A program made the translations under genes and the position numbers. Below, one piece after another: positions 9,182 to 17,621 of a stretch of 64,000 nt of DNA (positions are counted from its first letter, which is position 1; the number at the start of each line of letters is the position of its first letter). The stretch is from contig CAWHVC010000003.1 in assembly GCA_963832745.1 (NCBI GenBank), positions 64,001-128,000 of the forward strand. The letters run 5' to 3'. The notes under the pieces are model-generated. The model made no database searches. It saw only the letters and a list, made by a program, of their open reading frames with translations, and had not been told where the DNA came from. This DNA comes from Candidatus Bathyarchaeota archaeon (lineage in GTDB: Archaea; Thermoproteota; Bathyarchaeia; Bathyarchaeales; Bathycorpusculaceae).

Positions 9182-9394
9182 ATGCAGTCAAATAACTCAA
9201 AAAAAGAAAATACACAAGTATGCCCCTTCTGTGGTTCACGAATAAGACAAAGATGTTCATGTGGAAGCAACCATACTGTCAAAGTAGGCTTCAATGTTAA
9301 CAGGCAAGGCAAGAGACAAAGACACCTTTGCCGAGATTGCGGAAGAGTAACAATTGAAGATAAAATAATTCCTTTCAAGAAGGCAGTTACCTAA
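9182..9394 (+). CDS. Small zinc-ribbon protein (IS1 InsA-like finger)
   Basis: CPFC plus CSCGSNHTVKVG...GKRQRHLCRDCGR. Confidence 0.6.
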   Translation: MQSNNSKKENTQVCPFCGSRIRQRCSCGSNHTVKVGFNVNRQGKRQRHLCRDCGRVTIEDKIIPFKKAVT

Positions 9395-9648
9395 TGGGTA
9401 GAAAGAAAGTTTACCCAGATAACGCTTCTCGACAGCGAGCATGGCAAAAGAAACAGAAAGAGAAAGAATTACAGCAACAGATTGAGACAGCACAGAAAAC
9501 AAACAGCGACCAAGCTAATCAAAAGAAAAAGAGCTTTGAACAATTAGTAGCAAAGTGGTTTAACGGTAAGACTGTCCAGCAAGCTAAGGAAGCATTTCAG
9601 CTTTACAAAAGAACCTATCAGAGTATAGGACAGGACATGATTTTGTAG
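9394..9648 (+). CDS. Hypothetical basic/coiled-coil element protein
   Basis: TAATG coupling to previous ORF; MGRKKVYPDNASRQRAW. Confidence 0.6.
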   Translation: MGRKKVYPDNASRQRAWQKKQKEKELQQQIETAQKTNSDQANQKKKSFEQLVAKWFNGKTVQQAKEAFQLYKRTYQSIGQDMIL

Positions 9649-9662
9649 GCATCACTAAGAAT

Positions 9663-9878
9663 TTGGATGAAAGAACGTCACTCAAGAACGGTATTACAAT
9701 AGGGAATATGGAGCAGTTTCTTGAAAGCTTTGATGAGCCTATTTGCTGTCCTATATGTGGCTATTACAGAAGCGGTTTAGCAGATGAGTGCCCCGAGTGT
9801 ACATTGAAGGTAACTAACCCGAAAGCTTGGAAAGAATACCGTAGGGATTATCAACCAGCAATAGCGGTAGAGGAATAA
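9663..9878 (+). CDS. Small zinc-finger protein
   Basis: CPIC...CPEC. Confidence 0.55.
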   Translation: MDERTSLKNGITIGNMEQFLESFDEPICCPICGYYRSGLADECPECTLKVTNPKAWKEYRRDYQPAIAVEE

Positions 9879-9880
9879 GC

Positions 9881-10135
9881 ATGAAGTTTGCACACGCCAT
9901 CAGAAAGATTTTTTTCAAGTCTATTGACGCAGAGTTGGCATACCTCTACATGAATCAAGCATATCAAGAGAAGTGTATTGAGCTATTCATGAAGAATTTT
10001 AAGCTCACCGAGCGAGAATTGGAGTTACAGTCTAAGATTCTTCTGAACTATACCGAGACATTTCAGGAGTTAAAGAATGAACAAGGGCTTACAATCCCCT
10101 TCCCAGAAAAAACGGTTGTAAAATATAATGTCTAA
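9881..10135 (+). CDS. Hypothetical element protein
   Basis: ORF in a tightly packed same-strand run, preceded by GAGGA. Confidence 0.5.
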   Translation: MKFAHAIRKIFFKSIDAELAYLYMNQAYQEKCIELFMKNFKLTERELELQSKILLNYTETFQELKNEQGLTIPFPEKTVVKYNV

Positions 10136-10272
10136 AAAAGGTAAAATTATGAATCATGAAAAATGTGGATGTAATAGAAATGGGCGAGTAGTTTACTCAG
10201 ACCCAGAGCAAAATAATAATCAAGTGTCGAGGTTCAGCCTCGACTTAAGGAAACAGAGGGAAGTGAACCCGA

Positions 10273-10806
10273 GTGAGTGACCAATTAGCTAACGACCAAA
10301 TAAAAGAGCGTAAACTGATTCTTAGAAACGAAATTGAGCAGCTTACGTCTAAGTTAGGCAATCCAGACGCTTACACAACTAAAGAAGGTCAGCCTTTCCG
10401 TATCAGTAAAGAGTATGTTATCGCTAAAGAGGAACTAAACAAGAAAGTAGAAGAATACAATAGCTTGATAGAAAGCTTTGTCGTTGCGAACATAAAACTT
10501 AACAAGGTAATAACTTTCACAGATGGAAACTATACCATCAAATATATCCCAGAGAAAAACAGGTATGACTTTTACATTGGTAACGAATACCGAAAAGGAA
10601 CAGTAGCGTTCAATGAAGAGCTAACCGAGGCTACAGTGACATGCCCCACTATTAACTCAGACACTAAAGGGGAACTTGTGAATCACATCTACAAAGTAAA
10701 GATACTTGAGCCGAAAGACATCGTTGTAAAGAAAATAAAACCAAAGCCATGCTCTAAGATAGAAGAGGGTTTAGCCATGGTTAACCAAGATGTGCTATTG
10801 GGCTAA
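10273..10806 (+). CDS. Hypothetical element protein
   Basis: 177-aa ORF with coiled N-terminus and beta-rich C-terminus. Confidence 0.55.
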   Translation: MSDQLANDQIKERKLILRNEIEQLTSKLGNPDAYTTKEGQPFRISKEYVIAKEELNKKVEEYNSLIESFVVANIKLNKVITFTDGNYTIKYIPEKNRYDFYIGNEYRKGTVAFNEELTEATVTCPTINSDTKGELVNHIYKVKILEPKDIVVKKIKPKPCSKIEEGLAMVNQDVLLG

Positions 10807-10937
10807 AATGGGTTACGTTGTTAAGGATAAAGTTACAGGGCAATTTAGAAGACAAACTCCCGAAGAAATGGAAGCAAAAACAAGACCTGCTAAACCCGAA
10901 GGAAAGAGAGGAATAGCTCTTTTTAGAGGGGCAAGAA

Positions 10938-11213
10938 ATGAGCCTACAGGATAAGCAACGACAAATCAAACAACGGGACCAGAGAATACGAGAGCTTGAA
11001 ACAGCAAAGAATAGACTGATAAACAATAAGATTAGAAACGATAGAGCATTAGACCAAGCAGTAAGGAAAGCTAAAGACGATGGCAGAAAGTTCGTTATCG
11101 AAAAGCTCAAGACAGCGATACCAACTACAGCCCCAAGTTATTTTAAACCAGCAGCAAAGGCGTTACTCTCAGACCTTCAACGAATAATTAAAGATGAAGA
11201 GAAAAGAGCGTGA
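10938..11213 (+). CDS. Coiled-coil hypothetical element protein
   Basis: QRQIKQRDQRIRELETAKNRL heptad pattern. Confidence 0.55.
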   Translation: MSLQDKQRQIKQRDQRIRELETAKNRLINNKIRNDRALDQAVRKAKDDGRKFVIEKLKTAIPTTAPSYFKPAAKALLSDLQRIIKDEEKRA

Positions 11214-11626
11214 AGTTGGACATGGTTTCTAAGCTGGAAAGCTTAGAGCTTAAGCTTATCGTGATGTTAAGCCTTGAAGAACCAAACAGAGCAGGATGCC
11301 AAGGCTCTTAGGCAAATCACGAACAGGGGTCTTTATCGGCTGGTCTAAGGAACGCTATGATAAGTACATCGAGACTCATGTTTTTTATAAGGACTACGAC
11401 CTCTCACCGAGCTTAGGGAACAGCACGAAAGAGAACTTAGCGATTGGAGAAAAGAGAGGGACCACACACTTAGGGTAAGCCTACACATTACTCTTAATCC
11501 TAACTTGACTGATTACGAGAAATGGAAGGAAATAGAAGAATCATATCCTTTGGAACCTGAAAGGGTAAGAGGCTGGATTCTATCGCGGTAAAAGCATCTT
11601 AAAATTTGGAGAAAGATTAAAGAACG

Positions 11627-11983
11627 ATGAATAAAAAAAGTAGAAACTTTGGAAATGGCTTATCCTCTACAGGGTATAGAACATTTAAGAAAATCTGGAA
11701 TCCTTCTACAAAAGAAGAGATTAACGTACTTGTGGCATGGACAGATAGGCATTGTATTAAATGCAAAAGATTCCTCTCTTTGAGACAGCATAAGTATTGT
11801 TCTAAATGTAAACCAATAGAAGACGCTAAAATAGCAATTAAATCAACTACATCATGGCAAAAGAGAACAGGTAAAACATTTCAGTATTATCTTCTCATCA
11901 ACTCAGAATTTAAAGCAACAACGAAACTTAGAGGGTTTGTGAGTAGACATGCAGACGAGCTTGAAGTAGGGCAAATAGTCTAA
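11627..11983 (+). CDS. Basic zinc-finger protein, paralog of 8558-8917
   Basis: GNGLSSTGYR...LVAWTDRHCIKCKRFLSLRQHKYCSKC. Confidence 0.65.
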   Translation: MNKKSRNFGNGLSSTGYRTFKKIWNPSTKEEINVLVAWTDRHCIKCKRFLSLRQHKYCSKCKPIEDAKIAIKSTTSWQKRTGKTFQYYLLINSEFKATTKLRGFVSRHADELEVGQIV

Positions 11984-12035
11984 AGTTTCCTTATTCAACT
12001 TTACCGAATATTTTTGTTCTCGGTAATCCTTTATT

Positions 12036-12632
12036 CTATGTTAAGATTGCTCCACAATGAAGACATTTAGATTCGTCTGATTTGTTCTTAGTTCCGCAGA
12101 ATTTACAGTATATCATTTCTGGAACTTTTCCTTTAGAAATAAGCATGTTAATAGCTGTTGCCCATTGTTGACTGGTAGCTTTTATTTGGTTCTTTATTGC
12201 CATGTTTCCAGCTATCATACTTCCAACCCCACCGAATAAAATTAGTCCAGTTGCAGACAAAGCAGTACCCGTACTGAGACTCAATTTAAAGTCTCTTTTC
12301 GTTCCATCTTTGAATATTATCCCTAAAGAACCATTATCTTCTACTATAGCCATTGTCATATCTGAAATGTGCCAGCATGTATTTTCAAATTTATCCCAAA
12401 AAGTGGGAAGTTTTACTCGGCAACGAAATTCTTTGTTTGTTAATGATGCGTTTTTGCATTTAAGCAAGACAGCATCTTCTTTGTTATAGGCTTCCTTTTT
12501 TGTTTCTAAATTGTTAATTGTTGTTTGTGGAGTTGTTGTGTTTATTACTGTGGTTTTATCTTCCCATCCTAAAGCTTCTTTCATTTTACATGCCAATTCT
12601 TTTTCTTCTTGACTCTCTTCTCTTTTTGACAA
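12036..12632 (-). CDS. Cargo protein: possible PH-like domain, Gly-rich hydrophobic segment and C-terminal zinc ribbon
   Basis: GLILFGGVGSMIAG; QQWATAINML helix; CKFC...CLHC. Confidence 0.55.
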   Translation of the reverse strand: MSKREESQEEKELACKMKEALGWEDKTTVINTTTPQTTINNLETKKEAYNKEDAVLLKCKNASLTNKEFRCRVKLPTFWDKFENTCWHISDMTMAIVEDNGSLGIIFKDGTKRDFKLSLSTGTALSATGLILFGGVGSMIAGNMAIKNQIKATSQQWATAINMLISKGKVPEMIYCKFCGTKNKSDESKCLHCGAILT

Positions 12633-12764
12633 TTTAACACGAGCCCAATAATAACACTCAATTCCTACTTTTTTGTCATGAATATATTTAGGATTTATGA
12701 ATTTCTGCTAAGTTATCTTATGATAAGTCTTAAATCTGCATAGCGTAGAAATAACCATAAATTG

Positions 12765-13145
12765 CTAAGAAGGTGAGTATTGAACATAAATGTTTTCGCT
12801 TGTAGTAGGATTATACGTAAGAAGATAGAATGTGTTATCTACTCTCAAGATATTAGCACCTCGACGAATATCATTAAGAAAAGTTGTTTTAGAAACTTTA
12901 GTGAAATCATCGAAACTGATTTGTTTCTCTATTTCTGCTTGCTGTGTACTGCTAATAAGGTTCCAGTTGATAATGGTGACTCCACCATTAGTGCCAATAT
13001 CCTCTTTTAATTGCTTCTCAAAAGAGTCTGCTTTTGAAATTGCATTTGCAGAGTTATTTACAATAAATAATTGAAACGACAACGTGACTACGATTATGCT
13101 TAAAGCGATAATCACGCCAATTAGGGCTAAATATTTTCTTTTCAT
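12765..13145 (-). CDS. N-terminally membrane-anchored or secreted cargo protein
   Basis: MKRKYLALIGVIIALSIIVVTLSF signal/TM segment. Confidence 0.6.
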   Translation of the reverse strand: MKRKYLALIGVIIALSIIVVTLSFQLFIVNNSANAISKADSFEKQLKEDIGTNGGVTIINWNLISSTQQAEIEKQISFDDFTKVSKTTFLNDIRRGANILRVDNTFYLLTYNPTTSENIYVQYSPS

Positions 13146-13264
13146 TACCTTTTCTTATTTCTTTATTTTTTGGAACGCTTATACGATTTATGAATCTGGA
13201 ATAAAAATGAGAAGACTATAACTTTTAAATCTGTATAGCGTAGAAAAAGAATTGAGATGGAAGC

Positions 13265-13501
13265 ATGGATGAGAGACAAATAGTCAAAGATGCTCTAAAA
13301 AGAGAATACCAGAAAAAGATAGCTTCTCAATTAGTTAAAGAATTTAGCCTTAGTAGTGATGCAATTAGCTCAACGGAAAAGGGCGAGATACTATTCGCTT
13401 ATTCATTAGGGGCTAACCCCAACACGGCACTCGGTTTAGTTAGGTCTTTAATGGTTGAATTAGCAAACACAAAAGCAGAATTATGGCTTCAATCACAATA
13501 A
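13265..13501 (+). CDS. Hypothetical element protein
   Basis: 78-aa ORF downstream of a TTTTAAAT TATA-like box. Confidence 0.5.
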   Translation: MDERQIVKDALKREYQKKIASQLVKEFSLSSDAISSTEKGEILFAYSLGANPNTALGLVRSLMVELANTKAELWLQSQ

Positions 13502-13861
13502 ACTAATGATAAGAATTAACAGAGTATTTCAGAAAATAGAGCAAGACCAAAGTAAAAAGTTCCCTATTAAGAGGGTTAACAGTCAGTAGTAATCCAAAAG
13601 TATCATTTAGAACATTTCGTAAGTAAATTGAGACAATTACATATCGCTTCCGCTTTCGTGCGTGTCTGCACTAACGCTTTCGCTGATGGTTAAAAGAAAA
13701 GAGGTTTTCTTTTGAATTTTTCAATAATAAAAAGACAACTAAGTTTTCTTTGGAGCTTTCGCCTTTCAAGCAAGAAGTAAAGTAGTGTAGCAATAATTCT
13801 ATGTAAGCTTTTATACCACCTTAACATACTTGTCAATACTAAGAAGTAAGGTGTTTGAGGG

Positions 13862-13984
13862 ATGAGAAAGAAAATCAACATATCCATTGATGAGCAGTTG
13901 GTAGCTTCACTTCAAGCAGAGGCAGTTAAGAAGAATATCAGTTTATCAAGGCTGATAGAAAATAAACTGAAAGGAATATCTTGA
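13862..13984 (+). CDS. Ribbon-helix-helix (CopG-like) regulator, 40 aa
   Basis: Not in ORF track; MRKKINISIDEQLVASLQAEAVKKNISLSRLIENKLKGIS, directly upstream of int(N). Confidence 0.75.
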   Translation: MRKKINISIDEQLVASLQAEAVKKNISLSRLIENKLKGIS

Positions 13985-13994
13985 GGGACCAGTA

Positions 13995-14229
13995 ATGAAA
14001 GTAACCTGTCCAATCTGTAACATGGAAGGAATCTTAGAGCAAAGAGGTAACAGTCAAAGAGTATTGCATTACAAGGGCTTCATTAACGGTAAAAGAACTT
14101 ATGAAAAGCACACCATTCAGGGAGTAAATGGGAATAACTCTCTGGGAATAAAAAGTCTCGTTTTAGGCTCTAATAGTAGAAGAGTGGCGGGTGGGGAGGG
14201 ATTTGAACCCTCGACCCCCAACTTAGGAG
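13995..14229 (+). CDS. int: Tyrosine integrase, N-terminal fragment int(N)
   Basis: MKVTCPIC...H...H then reads through the att repeat in the same frame as int(C) (VAGGEGFEPSTPNLG); in the integrated state the ORF runs on to a stop at 14288. Confidence 0.85.
14184..14229 (+). repeat. att site (right copy), forms the 3' half of the intact tRNA
   Basis: Identical to 6054-6099. Confidence 0.97.
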
Positions 14230-14326
14230 GCTGGTGCTCTATCCGTGAAGAATCCGTTAGACTCGGTACCAGCCCTTTTAGCCGATAGCCAAGCGAAATC
14301 TCCAATCCGTGCTGAGCTACTCACCC
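14185..14326 (-). tRNA. tRNA-Arg(CCU) with a ~64-nt D-loop intron and encoded CCA
   Basis: GGGTGAG-TA-GCTC-AGCACGGAT[insert]A-GAGC-A-CCAGC-CTCCTAA-GTTGG-GGGTC-GAGGG-TTCAAAT-CCCTC-CCCACCC-G-CCA; removing about 14241-14304 gives a 78-nt cloverleaf. Confidence 0.9.
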
Positions 14327-14397
14327 AATAGCACCAACAAACAAGAAACCTACCTATAGAAACTTTACTGAAAACCCAAAAGATTGCTGTTGTTAGT

Positions 14398-14553
14398 CTA
14401 CTTCTTTTTTTCGAAATAAACGTGGTTTTCGTCTGCCCAGAATTGTACTGTGTCGCCTTTTTTTAGGTTTAGATGTGTGGCTACTTCTTTGGGGATTGTT
14501 ATTCTGAGGGAGTTTCCGACTTGCATGACGCTTACTTCTATCTTGAGGGGCAT
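14398..14553 (-). CDS. AbrB/MazE/SpoVT DNA-binding protein, 51 aa
   Basis: Not in ORF track; MPLKIEVSVMQVGNSLRITIPKEVATHLNLKKGDTVQF. Confidence 0.85.
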   Translation of the reverse strand: MPLKIEVSVMQVGNSLRITIPKEVATHLNLKKGDTVQFWADENHVYFEKKK

Positions 14554-14642
14554 TGCTGTAACCTGTTTTATCAGAGTATTCCAAAGATACTTTTATAAGC
14601 ATTGCATTCTTTAAGAATACTATAAGAGTACTTCAAAAGTAA

Positions 14643-14975
14643 ATGGTGAACACGCGAACGAAAATATGCACAACCGATTCCGAGGTTCTTCTTAATCATT
14701 GTGAGCTTGAGCGTATGTTGCAGAAGGCTCGCTTAGAGGGTGCTATTGGTTACATTAATTATCCTTGTGAAGCGCTGGATGAAAAGAAAATCTGCACCTT
14801 AGCTGAGTTAAACGGGGCAGTCAGGGGCGACTGGGACAGTGCATGCGGCGCCGTTGGGCAGTTAATGATGGAAAACCTGCTGCTTGACGGGTACGCAAAC
14901 GGTTTAATGGCAAACATCAAACCAGAAAAGGCACAGGAGCAAGAAAAGCAACTCAACAAGCAACACCCAACATGA
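14643..14975 (+). CDS. Hypothetical protein divergent from the AbrB gene
   Basis: 110-aa ORF behind a TTTTATAA box. Confidence 0.5.
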   Translation: MVNTRTKICTTDSEVLLNHCELERMLQKARLEGAIGYINYPCEALDEKKICTLAELNGAVRGDWDSACGAVGQLMMENLLLDGYANGLMANIKPEKAQEQEKQLNKQHPT

Positions 14976-15214
14976 TGAACTGCCAGGTTTGTAAAGCTGC
15001 TACTGCTTGCAGCTTAACCCACAACCAGCCTGCAACGCAACACAAACGCAGACACCAAAAAGCAACCATCCACCAAACCCCCAGATTGTTGTTGTGCATA
15101 GACGTTTTTTGGCAACAACTACTACAATAAAACAAGTTAACAATTTCAGCATCTTAAGAGGGCATGCTTGATTAAGCCCAAAGCGCATTTAGGCTGAAAA
15201 GCTGGCAAAAATGG

Positions 15215-15955
15215 ATGATTGAAATACGGCAAACACCTGAAGGCAACGCTTTGATTCTGACTTCTGTCTCCGAATTCTGTGGCGCCATGGGATACTGCGA
15301 AGTACGCGTCCAACATTTCCTAAAAGGCATAAAGGCGCCCCAAACTAAAATCACATTGGATGGTATAGAGTCACATGAAAAAGAAGAAGCCTACGAACGT
15401 GAACACTTCAAGTTTGAACCAGTCACCAAAGAAGCACTATCTGATTTTACTAAAGACATAGAGTTTGCCCGCGAAGGTCTCTATACAAGGTTTCAGCGGA
15501 CACTTGTTTTCGGCGAAGAAACCCTATCGATACTGGTTTATGGTCGCGCTGATAAAGTGATGCGGAGCCAAGGAACCCTGATTGTGGAAGATTCCAAGTA
15601 CCCAACAAGCCGTGACAAGTACCAAGACAAGTTTGAACCGTTTGATGACCAAAAACTTCAGACGCTACTGTATTTGAACTCAAGTTTTAGCGAGAAAGGC
15701 TTAAGCTCGCAAGGGGACTGCTTTGAAATTAAATGCGAAAAACGTGCCTGGATAATCAACATTAAAGATAAGGCGACTCTTGAAAGCGTTAAAGTATTTC
15801 AGGGCTATCAAACAAAGCAAGCAGAAGATTTTCTTAACAAGAATCTAAGTAAGTTTGCGTTGTTGGTTTTAGGTAAAATGGAGCCTAAGCATCACGGGAA
15901 CCCCCGCAAGTGCCGTAGCTGTCGTTTTGATAACTGCCAATTTAGAACTATTTGA
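15215..15955 (+). CDS. Solo Cas4-like PD-(D/E)xK exonuclease with predicted 4Fe-4S staple
   Basis: N-terminal Cys (YCE), GRAD...VEDSK, QTLLY, C-terminal CRSCRFDNC. Confidence 0.75.
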   Translation: MIEIRQTPEGNALILTSVSEFCGAMGYCEVRVQHFLKGIKAPQTKITLDGIESHEKEEAYEREHFKFEPVTKEALSDFTKDIEFAREGLYTRFQRTLVFGEETLSILVYGRADKVMRSQGTLIVEDSKYPTSRDKYQDKFEPFDDQKLQTLLYLNSSFSEKGLSSQGDCFEIKCEKRAWIINIKDKATLESVKVFQGYQTKQAEDFLNKNLSKFALLVLGKMEPKHHGNPRKCRSCRFDNCQFRTI

Positions 15956-16102
15956 CGTGTAACTCTTTAGTTGTCGGTTTAGGAAGCGGTCTTTGCTTGT
16001 TTTGCAACGGCTACTTTGCAAGTCCTGCGAGCTCCAGTAAACAATTCAGCAAGTTAGGCTTCTTAACTAAGCATTTAAGACTAAAATTCTACAGGTAGAA
16101 GT

Positions 16103-16306
16103 ATGAAAAGCAATAAAGCGCTTAAGCAAATAACCGCTATGTTTGAGGCATACACTGAATTGTCACTTGTATTGTTTGGTGTTCTCTCGATTTTGGTGGT
16201 GTTTGTTTTTCCGCTACGCATGGATATCAGATTGCTTGTGGGCGGTTTCGGTTTTTACTTGGTGGCTACTGGCGTAGTGGCTAAACTGATTTCCCGCAAA
16301 AACTAA
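16103..16306 (+). CDS. Small two-TM membrane protein
   Basis: Two hydrophobic segments. Confidence 0.55.
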   Translation: MKSNKALKQITAMFEAYTELSLVLFGVLSILVVFVFPLRMDIRLLVGGFGFYLVATGVVAKLISRKN

Positions 16307-16824
16307 ACAAGAAAAACCTAAATTGACGTGTATTTGCTTTTTTATAGGTGTCTTTTTGTTACAACATAATATTATATTTGAGGTAGAGAAAGTTGTATTT
16401 GTGCCAAGTTGAGGAACACGCTCTACGGTGGCAAAAGTGACTGGTTTCAAGAAATGCTAAATGACAAATTTGGCGATAGTCTCAAAGAAAGAGTCAATAG
16501 CAAAGTAATGAAGCAAAGTCTTGCTTGCTGTGGGGTTTAGACTTAACTTGGCATTTTTATTTTTGGACAAAATTTAGTTTAGTTGGAAGGGAGAATAAGC
16601 GCCTTCTCCTTCGCTTACCCTTCCCTTTTTTGTTAGGAAACTTCCCCTTTCTCCTTGAAACACAATAAAGTAGTTTTTATTTAAAAGGGATATTTCCCAA
16701 CCAGTAATATTCCCCAAAACTCGATATTACATGCAAAAAGAAGGATAGCAGATAAACTAGCAACTGCGAACTTGATAGAAGTGGCATAAAGAATATGCCC
16801 GATGAATGCTCAAGGAAGAAACTG

Positions 16825-17211
16825 TTAGGCAGGCGTTTTTGTGCAATGCTCAAATCCAATTCTTTGGGCATCTCTGAGTAACCTTGCAACCTCAGACTTA
16901 TCTTTTTCAAAACTATGTACTTCAATGTGCCGGACAGACTTGTTTTTCTCTTTTGTTCCATGACTCTTCAAAAGCATGGATGCAAGCGAGGTACCCATAG
17001 CGAATTCGACGTCTACGTGACCACTTGCTTGGGTCAACCAAACAAAGTCTTTGCCGTCAAGAACGTAAGTAATGCTGCCGTGTCGAATAATTTCTGTTGA
17101 TTCTGGAACAATGCTTTTGATTAGGTTTTGAAGGCTCTGGGTTGTTTGCCGCTGTTTTTCGTCAAGACTGCTTAAAAGTTCTTCAAGAGCTATTTTTTCG
17201 TGATACTCCAT
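16825..17211 (-). CDS. DUF1801 (YdhG-like) domain protein
   Basis: LQNLIKSIVPESTEIIRHGSITY...HVDVEFAMG...VRHIEV. Confidence 0.7.
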   Translation of the reverse strand: MEYHEKIALEELLSSLDEKQRQTTQSLQNLIKSIVPESTEIIRHGSITYVLDGKDFVWLTQASGHVDVEFAMGTSLASMLLKSHGTKEKNKSVRHIEVHSFEKDKSEVARLLRDAQRIGFEHCTKTPA

Positions 17212-17352
17212 AACATAAGGTTAAAGGTGCAGGTTCATAATAGTTGCGGAGAGAAAGTTTCATCATGTTTTAGATGTTTTTCTGCATCATTTCGGAATTA
17301 CTCCATAGTATTTTGCAGTTTTAGCTTAGAGCCTACTATTCTGGAAAAGGTA

Positions 17353-17397
17353 GACCCCCTATGGTTCCTGCATATAATTTCTAATAGGATCCAAATA
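17353..17397 (+). repeat. Dispersed intergenic repeat, copy 1
   Basis: TTTCTAATAGGATCCAAATA (17378) matches 38388 at 19/20; upstream CCCCTATGGTTCCTGCA also aligns. Confidence 0.65.
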
Positions 17398-17435
17398 ATC
17401 CAATAAATTGGTTGCTGAAAGTCTCAGGCGACTTT

Positions 17436-17621
17436 TTAGGCTTTAATTGTCTCTAAAACAAGCCTTGTTGTAGTAACGTCTATCTCTGAGATTTTGACGT
17501 TATTGTACTCTTTTCCTTCACCTATAATGTTTTTAACAATAACTTTTTTACCTTCTACTTTAGCATAAATGACGTCATTGAAAACTTTGTTTCCGTCTAA
17601 AATAACATTAAATTCGCACAT
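17436..17621 (-). CDS. CooT-family nickel-binding / predicted RNA-binding small protein
   Basis: MCE start; DV...KNIIGEGKE...ISEID...L pattern. Confidence 0.7.
   Translation of the reverse strand: MCEFNVILDGNKVFNDVIYAKVEGKKVIVKNIIGEGKEYNNVKISEIDVTTTRLVLETIKA

Larger units (their letters stand above)
6054..14229. mobile_element. tRNA-Arg-integrated element (8,130-bp circle) with split tyrosine integrase
   Basis: 46-bp direct repeats at 6054-6099 and 14184-14229 matching the tRNA 3' half; integrase halves at both ends; AT-rich and dense in short ORFs. Confidence 0.93.

Noticed and set aside
9182-9394. IS1 insertion sequence
   Set aside because: Only an InsA-like zinc finger; no DDE domain or terminal inverted repeats seen.
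14393-14602. 69-aa ORF in the track
   Set aside because: Alternative frame of the AbrB gene at 14398-14553.
14330-16700. CRISPR array near the Cas4-like gene
   Set aside because: I found no regularly spaced 24-47-bp direct repeats here or elsewhere in the window.
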